Source: a virus
Taxonomy: Duplodnaviria; Caudoviricetes
Length of the DNA: 64,000 nucleotides
IMG/VR virus record: IMGVR_UViG_2919380674_000001
Coordinates: 1-64,000 of that record
Strand: one strand, 5' to 3'
The notes below the pieces were generated by a model. It was not told the DNA's origin and did not search any database. It saw only the letters and a list, made by a program, of their open reading frames with translations. Shown piece after piece: positions 17,554 to 28,016 of this stretch (positions within the stretch are counted from its first letter, which is position 1; each line of letters opens with the position of its first letter). The position numbers were made by a program, and so were the translations under genes.

Positions 17554-19811
17554 CCACGCCTTTCACCTTGTACGCCGCAAATGTGAGCGGCGTGCAGAAC
17601 AATAACCGCTACCCGAACAAACACACCATCGCCGACGCGGCATCCCTAGTGGCGGTTGCTGGCTTTGATCATGTGGCCGCAACCTATGTGAATGACCGTC
17701 GCTCAACTGCAACGTTCATGTCTTCGGATTGCGTGGTGATGGATATCGACAACGACCATACAGAAACCCAGGCCGAGTGGATTACACCCGAGAAGGTCGC
17801 TGAGGTGATGTCTGGTGTGGAGTTTATGACCGCGACTTCCCGCAACCACATGAAGCCGAAGGGCGTGCTTTCGGCGCGGCCGCGTTTCCATGTCTACTTC
17901 CCAATCCACACGATCACGAACGCGGACGACTATGCGGGGCTCAAGCACCGCCTCGCATCACGGTTCTCCTTCTTCGATCGCAACGCTCTCGACGCAGGAA
18001 GGTTCATCTACGGGGCGTCGAACGCGGTAGTGACGGTGCATGAAGGCGACCAGATCCTCGATGCCTGGCTCGATAACGCTGACGAGATCGACGTATTCGC
18101 CACCTTCGATGCTTCCACTCTTGTGATTGGTGAAGGGTCACGCAACGCTACGCTCTCGCGCTTCGCAGGCAGGGTGCTCATCCGCTACGGGCAGACCGAC
18201 CAGGCACGTGACTTGTTCGACCGTAAAGCGAATCTATGCGAACCACCACTCAGTGACAGCGAGCTGACGACGATTTGGAACTCGGCGTGCCGGTTCGCCG
18301 CCAAGGTCGCAGCCAACCCCGACTACCTGCCGCCCGAGGCGTATGCGCAGTTGACCACGTTGAAGCCGGAGGATTTCACTGACGTCGGCCAAGCCATGGT
18401 CCTCGCCAGTGAGTATGCGAATCGGATCTGTTACTCGCCTGCGACAGCGTGGATGGTTTACGAAGGCGGGGTGTGGGAGGAAAACGAACCTAAAGTCCAA
18501 CACGTCGTACAAGAACTGACCACCCGCCAGTTAGAGCAAGTCGATGCTGAGCTGGAGGCGATCAGTCAACGCGCCAGCGAGCTCGGGGTGACGGCGATGC
18601 TCGTGGCCATGACCAAAGCTAAAGCTCTCGGCATGTTTACACCTGAGCAGGCGCGGGTGTATCGGGAGCTGACGGCGGCCCAAGAGTGGCAGAAGTTCAT
18701 CTACAAATGCCGCTCAGACCGCACGATCCAGGCGGTCATGCGCCAAGCCCGACCCCTCGCCCTCATCAATCCCGAAGTGCTCGACGCTGACGCGTATTTG
18801 TTCAATACGCCCTCAGGAACGTTTGATCTGCGGGACGGGAGTAGGCGTGAGCATGACCCAGCGGACATGCTGACCAAGCAAACCGCAACCGACCCCTCCG
18901 ACGAGGGAGCACAGGTCTGGCGTGATTCCCTCGAGCTGACCTTCGGCGGCGATGCCGAGCTGATCGCCTACGTCCAACGCGTCTGCGGGCTGGCCGCGAT
19001 TGGCAAAGTTCTCATCGAAGCCCTCATCATCGCCTACGGGGATGGAAACAACGGTAAGTCGACGTTTTGGAACACCATCGCCCGCGTCCTCGGCTCCTAT
19101 TCGGAGACCATCTCGGCGGAGGTGCTGATTGCGGGGAAGAAGAACAACGCCAAGCACGAAATGGCAGAAACCCGAGCCCGCCGCCTCCTGATCGCTGGCG
19201 AGAACGATGAGGGCGTGCGTCTATCGACCTCGTCGACGAAGCAGCTGGCCTCGACGGATAAGATCGCAGCGGAGAAGAAATACAAAGATCCCTTCTCCTT
19301 CACACCCTCCCACACCCTCGTGCTCTACACAAACCACCTGCCCAAGGTCGGGGCGATGGATACCGGTATCTGGAGGCGCCTTGTCGTCATCCCCTTCACC
19401 CAAACCATCCAGCCCAGTGTGGATGTGAAGAACTATGCCGACCACCTCTATACCCACGCAGGCGGAGCAGTGCTGGCCTGGATTATGGAAGGCGCACGCC
19501 TGATCCATGCCGAGAATTACCGGCTCGCCCCACCCGCCTGTGTAGTAGAAGCGTCGGAGAAGTATCGGGCGGCTAACGATTGGTTCGCCCATTTCCTCGA
19601 CGAATGCTGCGAGCTCGACCCGGGTCTTGAAGAGAAGTCTGGGGCGCTCTATTCCTCCTACAGGGCTTGGGCGCTTAGCCGTAGCGAGTACGTGCGCTCA
19701 ACGAGTGATTTCTATGCGGCCGTGGAGAAAAACGGCTTCACCTCGCGTCGAAACAATCGCGGAAAACTCATCCGAGGACTTCGCTTGCTTGACGAATTCG
19801 AGCTCAACTAA
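17550..19811 (+). CDS. P4-family primase/SF3 helicase (D5-like)
   Basis: PriCT EGSRNATL, D5_N region, Walker A GDGNNGKST. Confidence 0.92.
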   Translation: MTTPFTLYAANVSGVQNNNRYPNKHTIADAASLVAVAGFDHVAATYVNDRRSTATFMSSDCVVMDIDNDHTETQAEWITPEKVAEVMSGVEFMTATSRNHMKPKGVLSARPRFHVYFPIHTITNADDYAGLKHRLASRFSFFDRNALDAGRFIYGASNAVVTVHEGDQILDAWLDNADEIDVFATFDASTLVIGEGSRNATLSRFAGRVLIRYGQTDQARDLFDRKANLCEPPLSDSELTTIWNSACRFAAKVAANPDYLPPEAYAQLTTLKPEDFTDVGQAMVLASEYANRICYSPATAWMVYEGGVWEENEPKVQHVVQELTTRQLEQVDAELEAISQRASELGVTAMLVAMTKAKALGMFTPEQARVYRELTAAQEWQKFIYKCRSDRTIQAVMRQARPLALINPEVLDADAYLFNTPSGTFDLRDGSRREHDPADMLTKQTATDPSDEGAQVWRDSLELTFGGDAELIAYVQRVCGLAAIGKVLIEALIIAYGDGNNGKSTFWNTIARVLGSYSETISAEVLIAGKKNNAKHEMAETRARRLLIAGENDEGVRLSTSSTKQLASTDKIAAEKKYKDPFSFTPSHTLVLYTNHLPKVGAMDTGIWRRLVVIPFTQTIQPSVDVKNYADHLYTHAGGAVLAWIMEGARLIHAENYRLAPPACVVEASEKYRAANDWFAHFLDECCELDPGLEEKSGALYSSYRAWALSRSEYVRSTSDFYAAVEKNGFTSRRNNRGKLIRGLRLLDEFELN

Positions 19812-19815
19812 CGAC

Positions 19816-19918
19816 GGGTGTGTTGGTCGTGTACGTCGGTACTAGCCCTTTATATAGAAGCCAAAAAAATACTTCTATATAGAGGTTTAGAACTAGACCT
19901 ACATGACCAACACAACCC
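19816..19918. repeat. Long imperfect palindrome after the primase gene, candidate replication origin
   Basis: GGGTGTGTTGGTCGTGTACGTC...TATATAGAAG / CTTCTATATA...GACCTACATGACCAACACAACCC around an A-rich centre. Confidence 0.6.
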
Positions 19919-19939
19919 TTGACAACTCAAGGAAAAGTC

Positions 19940-20218
19940 ATGAATGAAAGAACAATCGAAGCTCAGCTTAAGAAAGCCATTGGAGACATCGGTGGCTTGT
20001 GCTGGAAGCTTGTCTGCCCTGGAACCACGGGTGTACCTGACCGGATATGCCTGATGAGAAACCGCGTAGTTTTCGTTGAGCTCAAAGCACCAGGCAAACA
20101 ACCACGCCCAATCCAACAGCATCGGATGAACCAACTGCGCGACCAGGGATTCCAGACCTTCGTTGTCGATTCGGTTGACGGGATCGAGGAGGTGCTTGAT
20201 GCACTACACGCCGCATAA
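19940..20218 (+). CDS. VRR-NUC domain nuclease
   Basis: GVPDRI...FVELKAPG...Q. Confidence 0.9.
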   Translation: MNERTIEAQLKKAIGDIGGLCWKLVCPGTTGVPDRICLMRNRVVFVELKAPGKQPRPIQQHRMNQLRDQGFQTFVVDSVDGIEEVLDALHAA

Positions 20219-21572
20219 CTACCAACGCCAGGCGACCGATTTCATCATCGACCATCACGAGGCGGCGATCTTTCTTGGGATGGGTTTGGGCAAATCGGTG
20301 ATCACGTTGACGGCGATCTGGCAGCTCATGCTCGACTATTTCACCATCCACCGCGTCCTCCTCATCGCTCCATTACGCGTCGCGCGAGACACTTGGCCTG
20401 CAGAAATCGCGAAGTGGGATCACCTGCGAGGTTTGACCGTATCGGTCGCTGTTGGCACCAAACAAGACCGGCTGGACGCTCTCGCGGCGTCTGCGATGGT
20501 GACCATCATCAATCGCGAAAACATCCCATGGCTCATTAGCCAGCTTGGGAGTGCGTGGCCGTTCGACATGGTCATCATCGACGAACTGTCCAGCTTCAAG
20601 AACCATCGTGCGAAGAGGTTCACTGCGCTGGTGAAAATGCGCCCATACGTTAAACGCTGGGTTGGCCTGACCGGAACGCCAGCGTCGAACGGGCTGATGG
20701 ATGTGTGGGCTGGGTTCCGTCTTCTCGACGGCGGCGAGCGTTTGGGCCGTTTCATTACTCGTTATCGTGAGCGGTGGTTTGTGCCCGATAAGCGCAATGG
20801 GATGCAGGTCTTCACCTATAAGCCCCGTGTGGGTGCTGAGGATGAGATCTATGGGGCGATTGGTGACATGACGTTGTCGATGCGAACCACCGACCACCTC
20901 CAACTCCCGCCGTTGACGGTCACGACCACGCCCGTCACGTTGGAGCCGAAAGAACGCAAGGTCTACGAGCAACTCAAGGCAGACCTCGTCCTCGACCTTG
21001 ATGAGGCGACGGTTGATGCCGCGAACGCCGCAGCTTTGTCCGGAAAGCTACTCCAACTCGCGAGCGGCGCGATCTACACCGGCGAGGGTGACTGGGCTTC
21101 TGTGCATGAGCGCAAGCTCGACGCTCTAGAAGACCTCATCGAGGCAGCCAACGGCAACCCACTGCTCGTGGCCTACTGGTTTACCCATGACCGCGAACGC
21201 ATCGTCTCCCGGTTCCCGCAGGCTCGCGAACTCAAAACAAGCGCGGATATCGAAGCGTGGAATCGCGGAGAAGTCACGTTCGGACTGATTCACCCCGCGT
21301 CGGCCGGCCACGGGCTGAACCTCCAGAGCGGTGGGCATCTGCTGGTGTGGTTCTCGTTGACGTGGAGTCTCGAGCTCTATCAACAGACGAACGCCAGGCT
21401 TTATCGGCAAGGGCAATCCGAACCTGTGACGATCACGCACCTGATCTCTGAAGGGACGCTCGATGAAGTCGTGCTCAAAGCCCTTGATGCGAAAGATGCT
21501 ACGCAGGCTGCGTTGATCGACGCGGTCACAGCAGAAATCACAACCACTGAAAGGACAAGCTCATGCATGTGA
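20199..21572 (+). CDS. SNF2-family helicase
   Basis: MGLGKS, IIDELS, LTGTP, GHGLNLQ, QTNARLYRQGQ. Confidence 0.92.
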   Translation: MHYTPHNYQRQATDFIIDHHEAAIFLGMGLGKSVITLTAIWQLMLDYFTIHRVLLIAPLRVARDTWPAEIAKWDHLRGLTVSVAVGTKQDRLDALAASAMVTIINRENIPWLISQLGSAWPFDMVIIDELSSFKNHRAKRFTALVKMRPYVKRWVGLTGTPASNGLMDVWAGFRLLDGGERLGRFITRYRERWFVPDKRNGMQVFTYKPRVGAEDEIYGAIGDMTLSMRTTDHLQLPPLTVTTTPVTLEPKERKVYEQLKADLVLDLDEATVDAANAAALSGKLLQLASGAIYTGEGDWASVHERKLDALEDLIEAANGNPLLVAYWFTHDRERIVSRFPQARELKTSADIEAWNRGEVTFGLIHPASAGHGLNLQSGGHLLVWFSLTWSLELYQQTNARLYRQGQSEPVTITHLISEGTLDEVVLKALDAKDATQAALIDAVTAEITTTERTSSCM

Positions 21573-22021
21573 TGACGAAATACCTCGACACAAGGAAAGC
21601 CGCGATTGCAGCCCTGCAGGATTATGCGGTGATGGAACAGATCATCGAGAGTACCGACGAGCAGATCAAGGCCGCCTATGCTGATGCGGCCAGCCCAGCA
21701 TCCCCGCGCATGGACGGCACACCACCATCTGGCGATCTGCATGCGTCCGAGAACAGGATCGTGGCCACGATTGAACGCATCGACACTTACAAGGCTCGCT
21801 ACGCTGAGGCTCGTCAGTACATGGACTGGTTCCTGCCCGCATGGGAGATCCTCTCCGGGGATGACCGGCTGGTGTTGGAGGCGTTCTTCCTCGGCGAGGG
21901 CACACAAGATGAGGCCGTGCAGCAGATCTGTAACCACTTCTACGTCGAGCGCACCACCGCTTACCAGAAGAAGTCGCGTGCCTTGGCTCGGCTTGCGACT
22001 GCGCTGTACGGCCGTTTGTGA
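21563..22021 (+). CDS. ArpU/RinA-like late transcriptional regulator
   Basis: Position before HNH/cos; C-terminal HTH-like ICNHFYVERTTAYQKKSRAL. Confidence 0.65.
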   Translation: MHVMTKYLDTRKAAIAALQDYAVMEQIIESTDEQIKAAYADAASPASPRMDGTPPSGDLHASENRIVATIERIDTYKARYAEARQYMDWFLPAWEILSGDDRLVLEAFFLGEGTQDEAVQQICNHFYVERTTAYQKKSRALARLATALYGRL

Positions 22022-22181
22022 GGGTTTTTCGCCTTTGCGCCAAAAGGTGTCAAGAACAGCGGATGCATTTGCCTGTTTCGGCCTGCAATACTGTAGGTGG
22101 TTGAAAAGTAGGAGAAGCCCCAAGAACCCACACACACGGGAATCTTGGGGCTTCACCACATCCAGTGGGAAGGAGCCAGCG

Positions 22182-22559
22182 ATGCCGGTCAAACCAGCCT
22201 CTCCATGCTCATATCCTGGCTGCCCTGAACTGACCCGTGAACGCTTCTGCGAGGCCCATGCCAAGGCTGAGGATGCTCGGTATCGGAAGTATCAGCGTGA
22301 TCCGAAGATTAACCGCCGCTACGGCTCACGGTGGCGCAAGATTCGCGCCGCCTACGTCGCAGCCCATCCGCTCTGCGAAGACTGCCTAGAGCAAGGCAAG
22401 TACACGCCTGTGCAAGAGGTTCACCACGTTCTCCCGCTCGAACACGGCGGCACCCACGACTTTGAGAACCTTCGCTCGCTGTGCAAGCCCTGCCACTCTC
22501 GCCAGAGCGCGCTCGATGATGACCGGTGGCGGCAACAATCTCGGGTCTACACCTACTGA
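22182..22559 (+). CDS. Terminase-associated HNH endonuclease
   Basis: CSYPGC...HPLCEDC...VHHVLPL..GGTH..NLRSLCKPCH. Confidence 0.92.
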   Translation: MPVKPASPCSYPGCPELTRERFCEAHAKAEDARYRKYQRDPKINRRYGSRWRKIRAAYVAAHPLCEDCLEQGKYTPVQEVHHVLPLEHGGTHDFENLRSLCKPCHSRQSALDDDRWRQQSRVYTY

Positions 22560-22659
22560 CGAGCGCGCGTTGCCCGCTGTCGCGTCAAAGTTCTGGAACC
22601 TCAAAGATGCCCATCTTGATGGTGTTCGTTGGACACGGGGCAATGTCGAAAGCCTGGTG

Positions 22660-22752
22660 AGGGGTTGGGGCCTCTCGATCTCTACGGCCTTCGGAGGGGT
22701 CAGCGGGCGGGGCCAACCGTGCATAAAGTTTCTGAATCAAACAGGGTATTAA
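22660..22752. other. Probable cos region
   Basis: G-rich non-coding stretch directly after HNH, as in HK97-type cos phages; exact cohesive end not determined. Confidence 0.4.
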
Positions 22753-22787
22753 CCTGTACTGAACCCCAATTCTTGGACAGTGTGATT

Positions 22788-23636
22788 CTATCCGATGGTG
22801 GTTAGTGCGTGTTGCCGGTATTCGTTTGGGGTCATCCCTCCGAGCCGTTCTTGTATACGCCCAGTGTTGTACCACTGTATGTACTCGTCAATCGCTGCGC
22901 GTAGCTCGCTGATGGAAACGAATGAGTCATTGTTGAACATTTCTTCTTTCAAGTGAGAAAAGAAGTTCTCCATCACGGAGTTATCGTAACAATTGCCCTT
23001 ACGGCTCATGGATTGAACGCACTGATGCTCAACTAGCTGACTGATCCATGACTGGTGCTGATAGTGATAACCCTGATCAGTATGAACAAGAACACCTTCA
23101 GGATCACCCGCTACACGAAAAGCCTTTTTCAGGCTCAACGCGGACACTTTCGTTGTAGGAGACACCGAAAGAGTGTGAGCAAGAATCGAATGATCACACA
23201 AATCCATCACCGGAGACAAATACAGCTTCTGTCCCGAGATCTGGAACTGGGTAATATCGGAGACCCATTGTTGATTCGGCTTTTCCGTGGCAAACCGCCG
23301 ATCTAAATGATTATCAGCCCGACGTGACGTTGTACCGCGGTAAGAGTTGTAACACTTACGCTTCCTCGTTTTAGAGCGTAAACCGAGCTGCCTCATCAAC
23401 TTAGCAACAAGCTTGCGCGACACACACCACCCATCGCGCAGCAGCTGAAGCCGCACACGGCGATAACCATAACGCTGATGGCTTTTATCGAAAATCTTCC
23501 GAATCGCCTGTTTCAACTTCACATGCCGGTCCTGAGCCTGCATCTGCCCCAGCTGATAATAGAATGTCGATCGCGCCAGATTGGCTACCTGTAACAGTAC
23601 CGGCAACGGGTATTCAGATCTGACAGTGGCAACCAC
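22788..23636 (-). CDS. IS3 transposase OrfB (DDE)
   Basis: WVSDIT, HTDQG, CYDNSVMENFF. Confidence 0.93.
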   Translation of the reverse strand: MVATVRSEYPLPVLLQVANLARSTFYYQLGQMQAQDRHVKLKQAIRKIFDKSHQRYGYRRVRLQLLRDGWCVSRKLVAKLMRQLGLRSKTRKRKCYNSYRGTTSRRADNHLDRRFATEKPNQQWVSDITQFQISGQKLYLSPVMDLCDHSILAHTLSVSPTTKVSALSLKKAFRVAGDPEGVLVHTDQGYHYQHQSWISQLVEHQCVQSMSRKGNCYDNSVMENFFSHLKEEMFNNDSFVSISELRAAIDEYIQWYNTGRIQERLGGMTPNEYRQHALTTIG

Positions 23637-23644
23637 ACGGGTTT

Positions 23645-24145
23645 TCAGCCTTGCCCCTGCTCCCTCAGATCTCGTAATTTTTTCAAATACGCTACCTCTG
23701 CTTTTAACCTCGTATTCTCCTCAATCAACGCAGCATCCGGAACCATCGCGCGCCTCTCGGGATCAGGGCTAGCGATTAACGTTTTCGGCTTCCTGCCACG
23801 CCTTTTCGGGCGTAAGCCCTCATCGCCAGCTAAACGCCACACCCGCACCCAGGAATACACGATATCAACCGAAGAAAAATTGAACTCTGCCGCCAGCTGC
23901 GTCGCGGTCTCGCCAGCAAGAAAGCGAGCAACAATCGAGCGCTTGAACTCCCACGAGTAAACAGCTTTCGTATCACGTGCCACAAGCGCCATTCTCCCAT
24001 GGAGAGCCCACCTGTCATAAAGAAGATTCACCGGCCGAAACGGCAACCCAAGTTTTCTCGCTGTGGCTCGAGAGCCATACCCCGCCTCAAACGAATCAAC
24101 AGCCGCCGCTCGCTGCTCCACCGACAACGAACTATCAGGACGCAT
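23645..24145 (-). CDS. IS3 transposase OrfA (HTH)
   Basis: HTH repeats and the EVAYLKKL end; an A6 run at 23678-23683 is a candidate -1 frameshift site. Confidence 0.88.
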   Translation of the reverse strand: MRPDSSLSVEQRAAAVDSFEAGYGSRATARKLGLPFRPVNLLYDRWALHGRMALVARDTKAVYSWEFKRSIVARFLAGETATQLAAEFNFSSVDIVYSWVRVWRLAGDEGLRPKRRGRKPKTLIASPDPERRAMVPDAALIEENTRLKAEVAYLKKLRDLREQGQG

Positions 24146-24276
24146 AACACCCCCAACCCTAAAACTGAACAAATAAACATCCAACTTTCAGGGTTCAGTA
24201 CAACCTTTCAAGTTTCGTTGGCAGTTCTGCAAAGAGGCGAAGTGCCGTCAAGTTTTTCTCAGATTTCCTTTTCGTG

Positions 24277-24310
24277 CCCGTCCGGATTTGGGCTTTCTTG
24301 AGGACGTATA
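24277..24310 (+). promoter_or_regulatory. Phage motif B copy upstream of the hydrolase moron
   Basis: CCCGTCCGGATT-N11-GAGGACGTATA. Confidence 0.65.
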
Positions 24311-24425
24311 TGCGAAGGCGATGAGTAGCAGGGGTGATAAAACGCCTTGCTTTGAAGCCTTCCTTGTAGGCGAGTAATCCTGCTCGCCTTGTGAAAACAC
24401 GACATGTTTCCTGAAGGAGGAAATA

Positions 24426-26771
24426 ATGACCGATCAAATGGTATTAGCGACACAAAAATGGTTGAACGAAACCTATCGGAGCAGAACAGGATTCGGCTCG
24501 GTTGAAGAGACGGGGAAAACAGGATGGGCAACAATTTACGCGCTCATTCGTGCATTACAGATCGAACTAGGGATTACGGCAACCGCGAACAATTTCGGTT
24601 CTGGAACACAATCACGTTTCAAGAACCGCTGGCCAAACGGCATTCGCCAGACTGGTAACGATGACAAAGTATATGGGATTATTCAAGGAGCTTTGTGGTG
24701 TAAAGGCTACCCGGCTGAATACGGTGGAATCACTACCAAGTTCACCGATAATGTGGCAAGCTCGATTCGACGGATGAAGTCCGATATTGGGCTGTCTGAC
24801 ACGAGCGCCACGGTTGATCTCGAGATGATGATGGCGCTGCTGTCAATGAAACAGTTCCGTCTACTTGCAGCTTATGGTGGCAAAACGACTATCCGCACTG
24901 CGCAACAAGCCATCAACCGAAATTACAAGAATTACACGGGGATCGTCCCGACCGATGGATTATATAGCCGTGAAATGAATAAGGCGCTAATCCAGGTTCT
25001 CCAATCCCTACAAGGCTTTACCCCAACGCAGGCTACTGGCAACTTTGGTTCAGGAACACGGTCTCGGCTTCGTACCATTTCTTCTGGCACAAGCCAATGG
25101 GTGTGGCTTGCGAGCGTAGCACTCGTGTGTAACGGCTACCAGATCACTCCAACCGAATCATGGTCATCCACTCTTACAGCTACGATTCGCAAGTTCCAAC
25201 AAGACTATGCTCTGCCCGTTACTGGCGTTGTCGATCCAACCACATGGATGAGCCTGCTTACCTCCAAAGGAGATCCTGACCGTGACTGCGTAGCGTGTGA
25301 TACGCGCTTCGAAATCACTGAAGAACTTGCTCAGTATCTTAAAGCTGATGGATACCAGATTGTTGGCCGCTATTTGACTGAGCCAGGAATGGGAGTATTG
25401 AAACCAGAAAATTATTTCAAGGCGTTGAGACCAGGCGAGCTCGAACGCATTGTCAAGCATGGGTTGAAGTACTTCCCGATTTTCCAAGAATACTCAACCA
25501 AGCTCACTCATTTCACTGTTGACAACGGACACCGTCACGCGAAAGAAGCACAAGATGCTGCTCAACGCCTTGGCGTGCCACCAACAATCATTTACTTCGC
25601 TGTCGACTACGATGCCACAGACCCTGAAGTGACCAGCCACATCCTTCCGTACTTCGAAGCAGTCGCTCAAAGCCTGGGCGGAGGATACCGAGTAGGGATC
25701 TATGCCTCACGAAACATCTGCACCCGCGTATCACAAGCAGGCTACGCAGCAGCGTCCTTTGTTTCAGACATGTCCACAGGCTTTTCAGGAAACCTAGGAT
25801 TCCCGATTCCTGAAAACTGGGTATTCGACCAATTCCACGAAATCAGCGGATACCGAGGAAAATGGGACCTCGATCGCGTCGCATACTCGCGAGCAGCCAC
25901 TGTATGCTCGACTGTTGAACGCAATTATGCGGCTTCTGATCCGCTACTGAATTGGGTTAAAGAGACAGAAAGTCAATGTCTCGCAGCAATGAGTGGATTT
26001 ATGAATCCCGCTGCACCATACAAAGGATTTGTAGGAGAATTTATTCTCGAATGGTTGCGTAAGCCAGAATATTGGTCGCAAGGACAATTTGCTCCAATCT
26101 TGTGGAAGACGTACACCCCTGAGATTGCACTACCTGCAGAATTGGTTTCAGCGCGTCTAGTTTGTGCTGAGGTATGCGGCAAACAGCCAACGATTAAAGG
26201 AACTTTGTCAGAACGAGATATCGCCCACATGGCCGCAACGACTTTAGGATATTTGACGTGGGGAGCTGATTATCCTGTTGACGAATATGGTCTTGGCGAT
26301 CTTGGCGGATGGCCTTTAGACTTGCTCCAGATATGGGGTCAGTACCAAAATAATGCAAAGTCTGTCGACCTGTATTCATGGGTTAGTTCCCATCTTGGAA
26401 GCCCGCGTGATGGGCAGGGCTTTGGGTACGCTGATGTTCTTGCTGATGCGGACGCATGGTTGATAGCTAGGTATATGAAACAGCACTCTGGAGAGCATAG
26501 TCTTTCGCAAGCAATGGAAGATACATTCAAAGATAGCGAGACAAATCGGATTAAACGCTTCTACAAAGAACGATTCGCTGGTAGTGCCGATAACCTAGTT
26601 GCAGCTTTCCAGGTAGTCACGGATGGAATTGATGCCATGGGTTTGACGAACATCGTCGGAACGCAACAGTTATTGGAGCTCGCTTCTCATGCAAGCTCTC
26701 TTCCCAACGCTGGTGAGGCCGAGATTCTAGCGCGAGCGTACGCAGCATTCCTTGCATCACCCAACCGCTAA
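24426..26771 (+). CDS. YbfG/YkuG-like protein: peptidoglycan-binding repeats plus DUF1906 (GH25-like) hydrolase domain
   Basis: MTDQMVLATQKWLN...ALIRALQIELGI; FQQDYALPVTGVVD; IVGRYL, IYFAVDYD, GIYASRN, SDMSTGFSGNLG. Confidence 0.85.
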   Translation: MTDQMVLATQKWLNETYRSRTGFGSVEETGKTGWATIYALIRALQIELGITATANNFGSGTQSRFKNRWPNGIRQTGNDDKVYGIIQGALWCKGYPAEYGGITTKFTDNVASSIRRMKSDIGLSDTSATVDLEMMMALLSMKQFRLLAAYGGKTTIRTAQQAINRNYKNYTGIVPTDGLYSREMNKALIQVLQSLQGFTPTQATGNFGSGTRSRLRTISSGTSQWVWLASVALVCNGYQITPTESWSSTLTATIRKFQQDYALPVTGVVDPTTWMSLLTSKGDPDRDCVACDTRFEITEELAQYLKADGYQIVGRYLTEPGMGVLKPENYFKALRPGELERIVKHGLKYFPIFQEYSTKLTHFTVDNGHRHAKEAQDAAQRLGVPPTIIYFAVDYDATDPEVTSHILPYFEAVAQSLGGGYRVGIYASRNICTRVSQAGYAAASFVSDMSTGFSGNLGFPIPENWVFDQFHEISGYRGKWDLDRVAYSRAATVCSTVERNYAASDPLLNWVKETESQCLAAMSGFMNPAAPYKGFVGEFILEWLRKPEYWSQGQFAPILWKTYTPEIALPAELVSARLVCAEVCGKQPTIKGTLSERDIAHMAATTLGYLTWGADYPVDEYGLGDLGGWPLDLLQIWGQYQNNAKSVDLYSWVSSHLGSPRDGQGFGYADVLADADAWLIARYMKQHSGEHSLSQAMEDTFKDSETNRIKRFYKERFAGSADNLVAAFQVVTDGIDAMGLTNIVGTQQLLELASHASSLPNAGEAEILARAYAAFLASPNR

Positions 26772-26780
26772 CAGTCCGAT

Positions 26781-26818
26781 GCTTGCCCAGGTAAAACACG
26801 CTGATTATCTGGGCAAGC
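26781..26818. terminator. Hairpin between convergent genes
   Basis: GCTTGCCCAG...CTGGGCAAGC. Confidence 0.55.
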
Positions 26819-26829
26819 TACCCGACTTT

Positions 26830-27285
26830 TCACGAGCTGAAATATATGAGTCCGTAGACAAAGTAACCCCACGATGACAAGACGAGCACTGAACACGTCA
26901 CACACCAGACGATGACCTTCTGAATGATTTTTCGAGTATTACAGTTTACAAGTGTTTCTGTATCTTCTTTGCGAAGGATCTCAACAAATCGGATTATTCG
27001 GTTCGCAATCCACGACAGGTATCCACAAGCTATCGAAAAAACAAGATATTTTGAGGCGAGAACTGTGTAAGTCCAAGATCCTTCACTAAATGGCGAAACA
27101 GCCTCAATACTTGGAGCTCCCGAAAGAAATGCTATAACCGCATCATCATTAACATACAGGAAAGTGACTGGAGCGAAGAAGGCGAGACCAACCCACCATA
27201 GTCCTCGACGAACGCGATAAAGCCTCACTAAAATGTGATCCTCATGAATGGAAGATTCCCCACTGTGGTGACGCATCGGCGGCAT
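26830..27285 (-). CDS. Low-GC membrane protein (about 3 TM); start uncertain
   Basis: Three hydrophobic segments; ORF open to 27429. Confidence 0.55.
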   Translation of the reverse strand: MPPMRHHSGESSIHEDHILVRLYRVRRGLWWVGLAFFAPVTFLYVNDDAVIAFLSGAPSIEAVSPFSEGSWTYTVLASKYLVFSIACGYLSWIANRIIRFVEILRKEDTETLVNCNTRKIIQKVIVWCVTCSVLVLSSWGYFVYGLIYFSS

Positions 27286-27625
27286 TTCCTCCAAACTAAA
27301 TTCTAGTTTTGAAATCACATAACTATATTCATACAACACGTTCGCAACTCTTGCGCGTTTCGTCAAGAGTGGCGACACTGAGATTGACCTTGCTGCAAAG
27401 CGATCCGATGTAACTTCTGCCGATTTCATTGAACCAGTGTCAGATACTCAAGCGAAATATCGCAGACCTCTTAGCTACCGCTGACGAATCATCTATGTAA
27501 GACAAACGCGGCAAGAGGTGCTGCAAAAAAGGATAGGCGGGGCAACGAGAGGCGTCTGCGGTATCGGATGTGCCCTAACAAAACAATTCTACTCACGGTC
27601 GGCAAATACAACATTATGCCTAACC

Positions 27626-27950
27626 TCATGCTGGAAATGGCAAAAACATAGACAGGTTATACCTGCGCATAAACAACCCGACTGTTATGAAAACTGTGAT
27701 GAGAACAAGCAGGAAAACTATCGCTAGGGCAAACAGCTATCCCGCTTTTGAGGAGTAAACCAATCAATATTGTCAGCGAACTCAGTTCAAGTAGAGAGAC
27801 CAGAAAGTCACCTGCTTCATTCACCCTACTGACAAAGTGAAATAGTATAAAAGCGAATAACTGAGATGATCCTATAAAAGCGCAACATTTGAGGATAGCG
27901 ACACATGTTTGCGGTAATGAATGCGGCTGCTTAACAGCGTACTCCTTCAT
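27626..27950 (-). pseudogene. Frameshifted membrane-protein gene
   Basis: GGAGG RBS plus MKEYAVKQ...; the hydrophobic continuation LFALAIVFLLVLITVFITVGLF is in another frame after ~27735. Confidence 0.45.
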
Positions 27951-28016
27951 TTTTTTACCTCCGTGCCCTTCACACAATGCTACCTGCCCATCCCATAATT
28001 TATCTGGAGAAAATTC

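Larger units (their letters stand above)
22755..24202 (-). mobile_element. IS3-family insertion sequence, 1448 bp, 3-bp target duplication ACC
   Basis: Ends TGTACTGAACCC (22755) and GGGTTCAGTACA (24202); ACC at 22752-22754 and 24203-24205. Confidence 0.93.
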
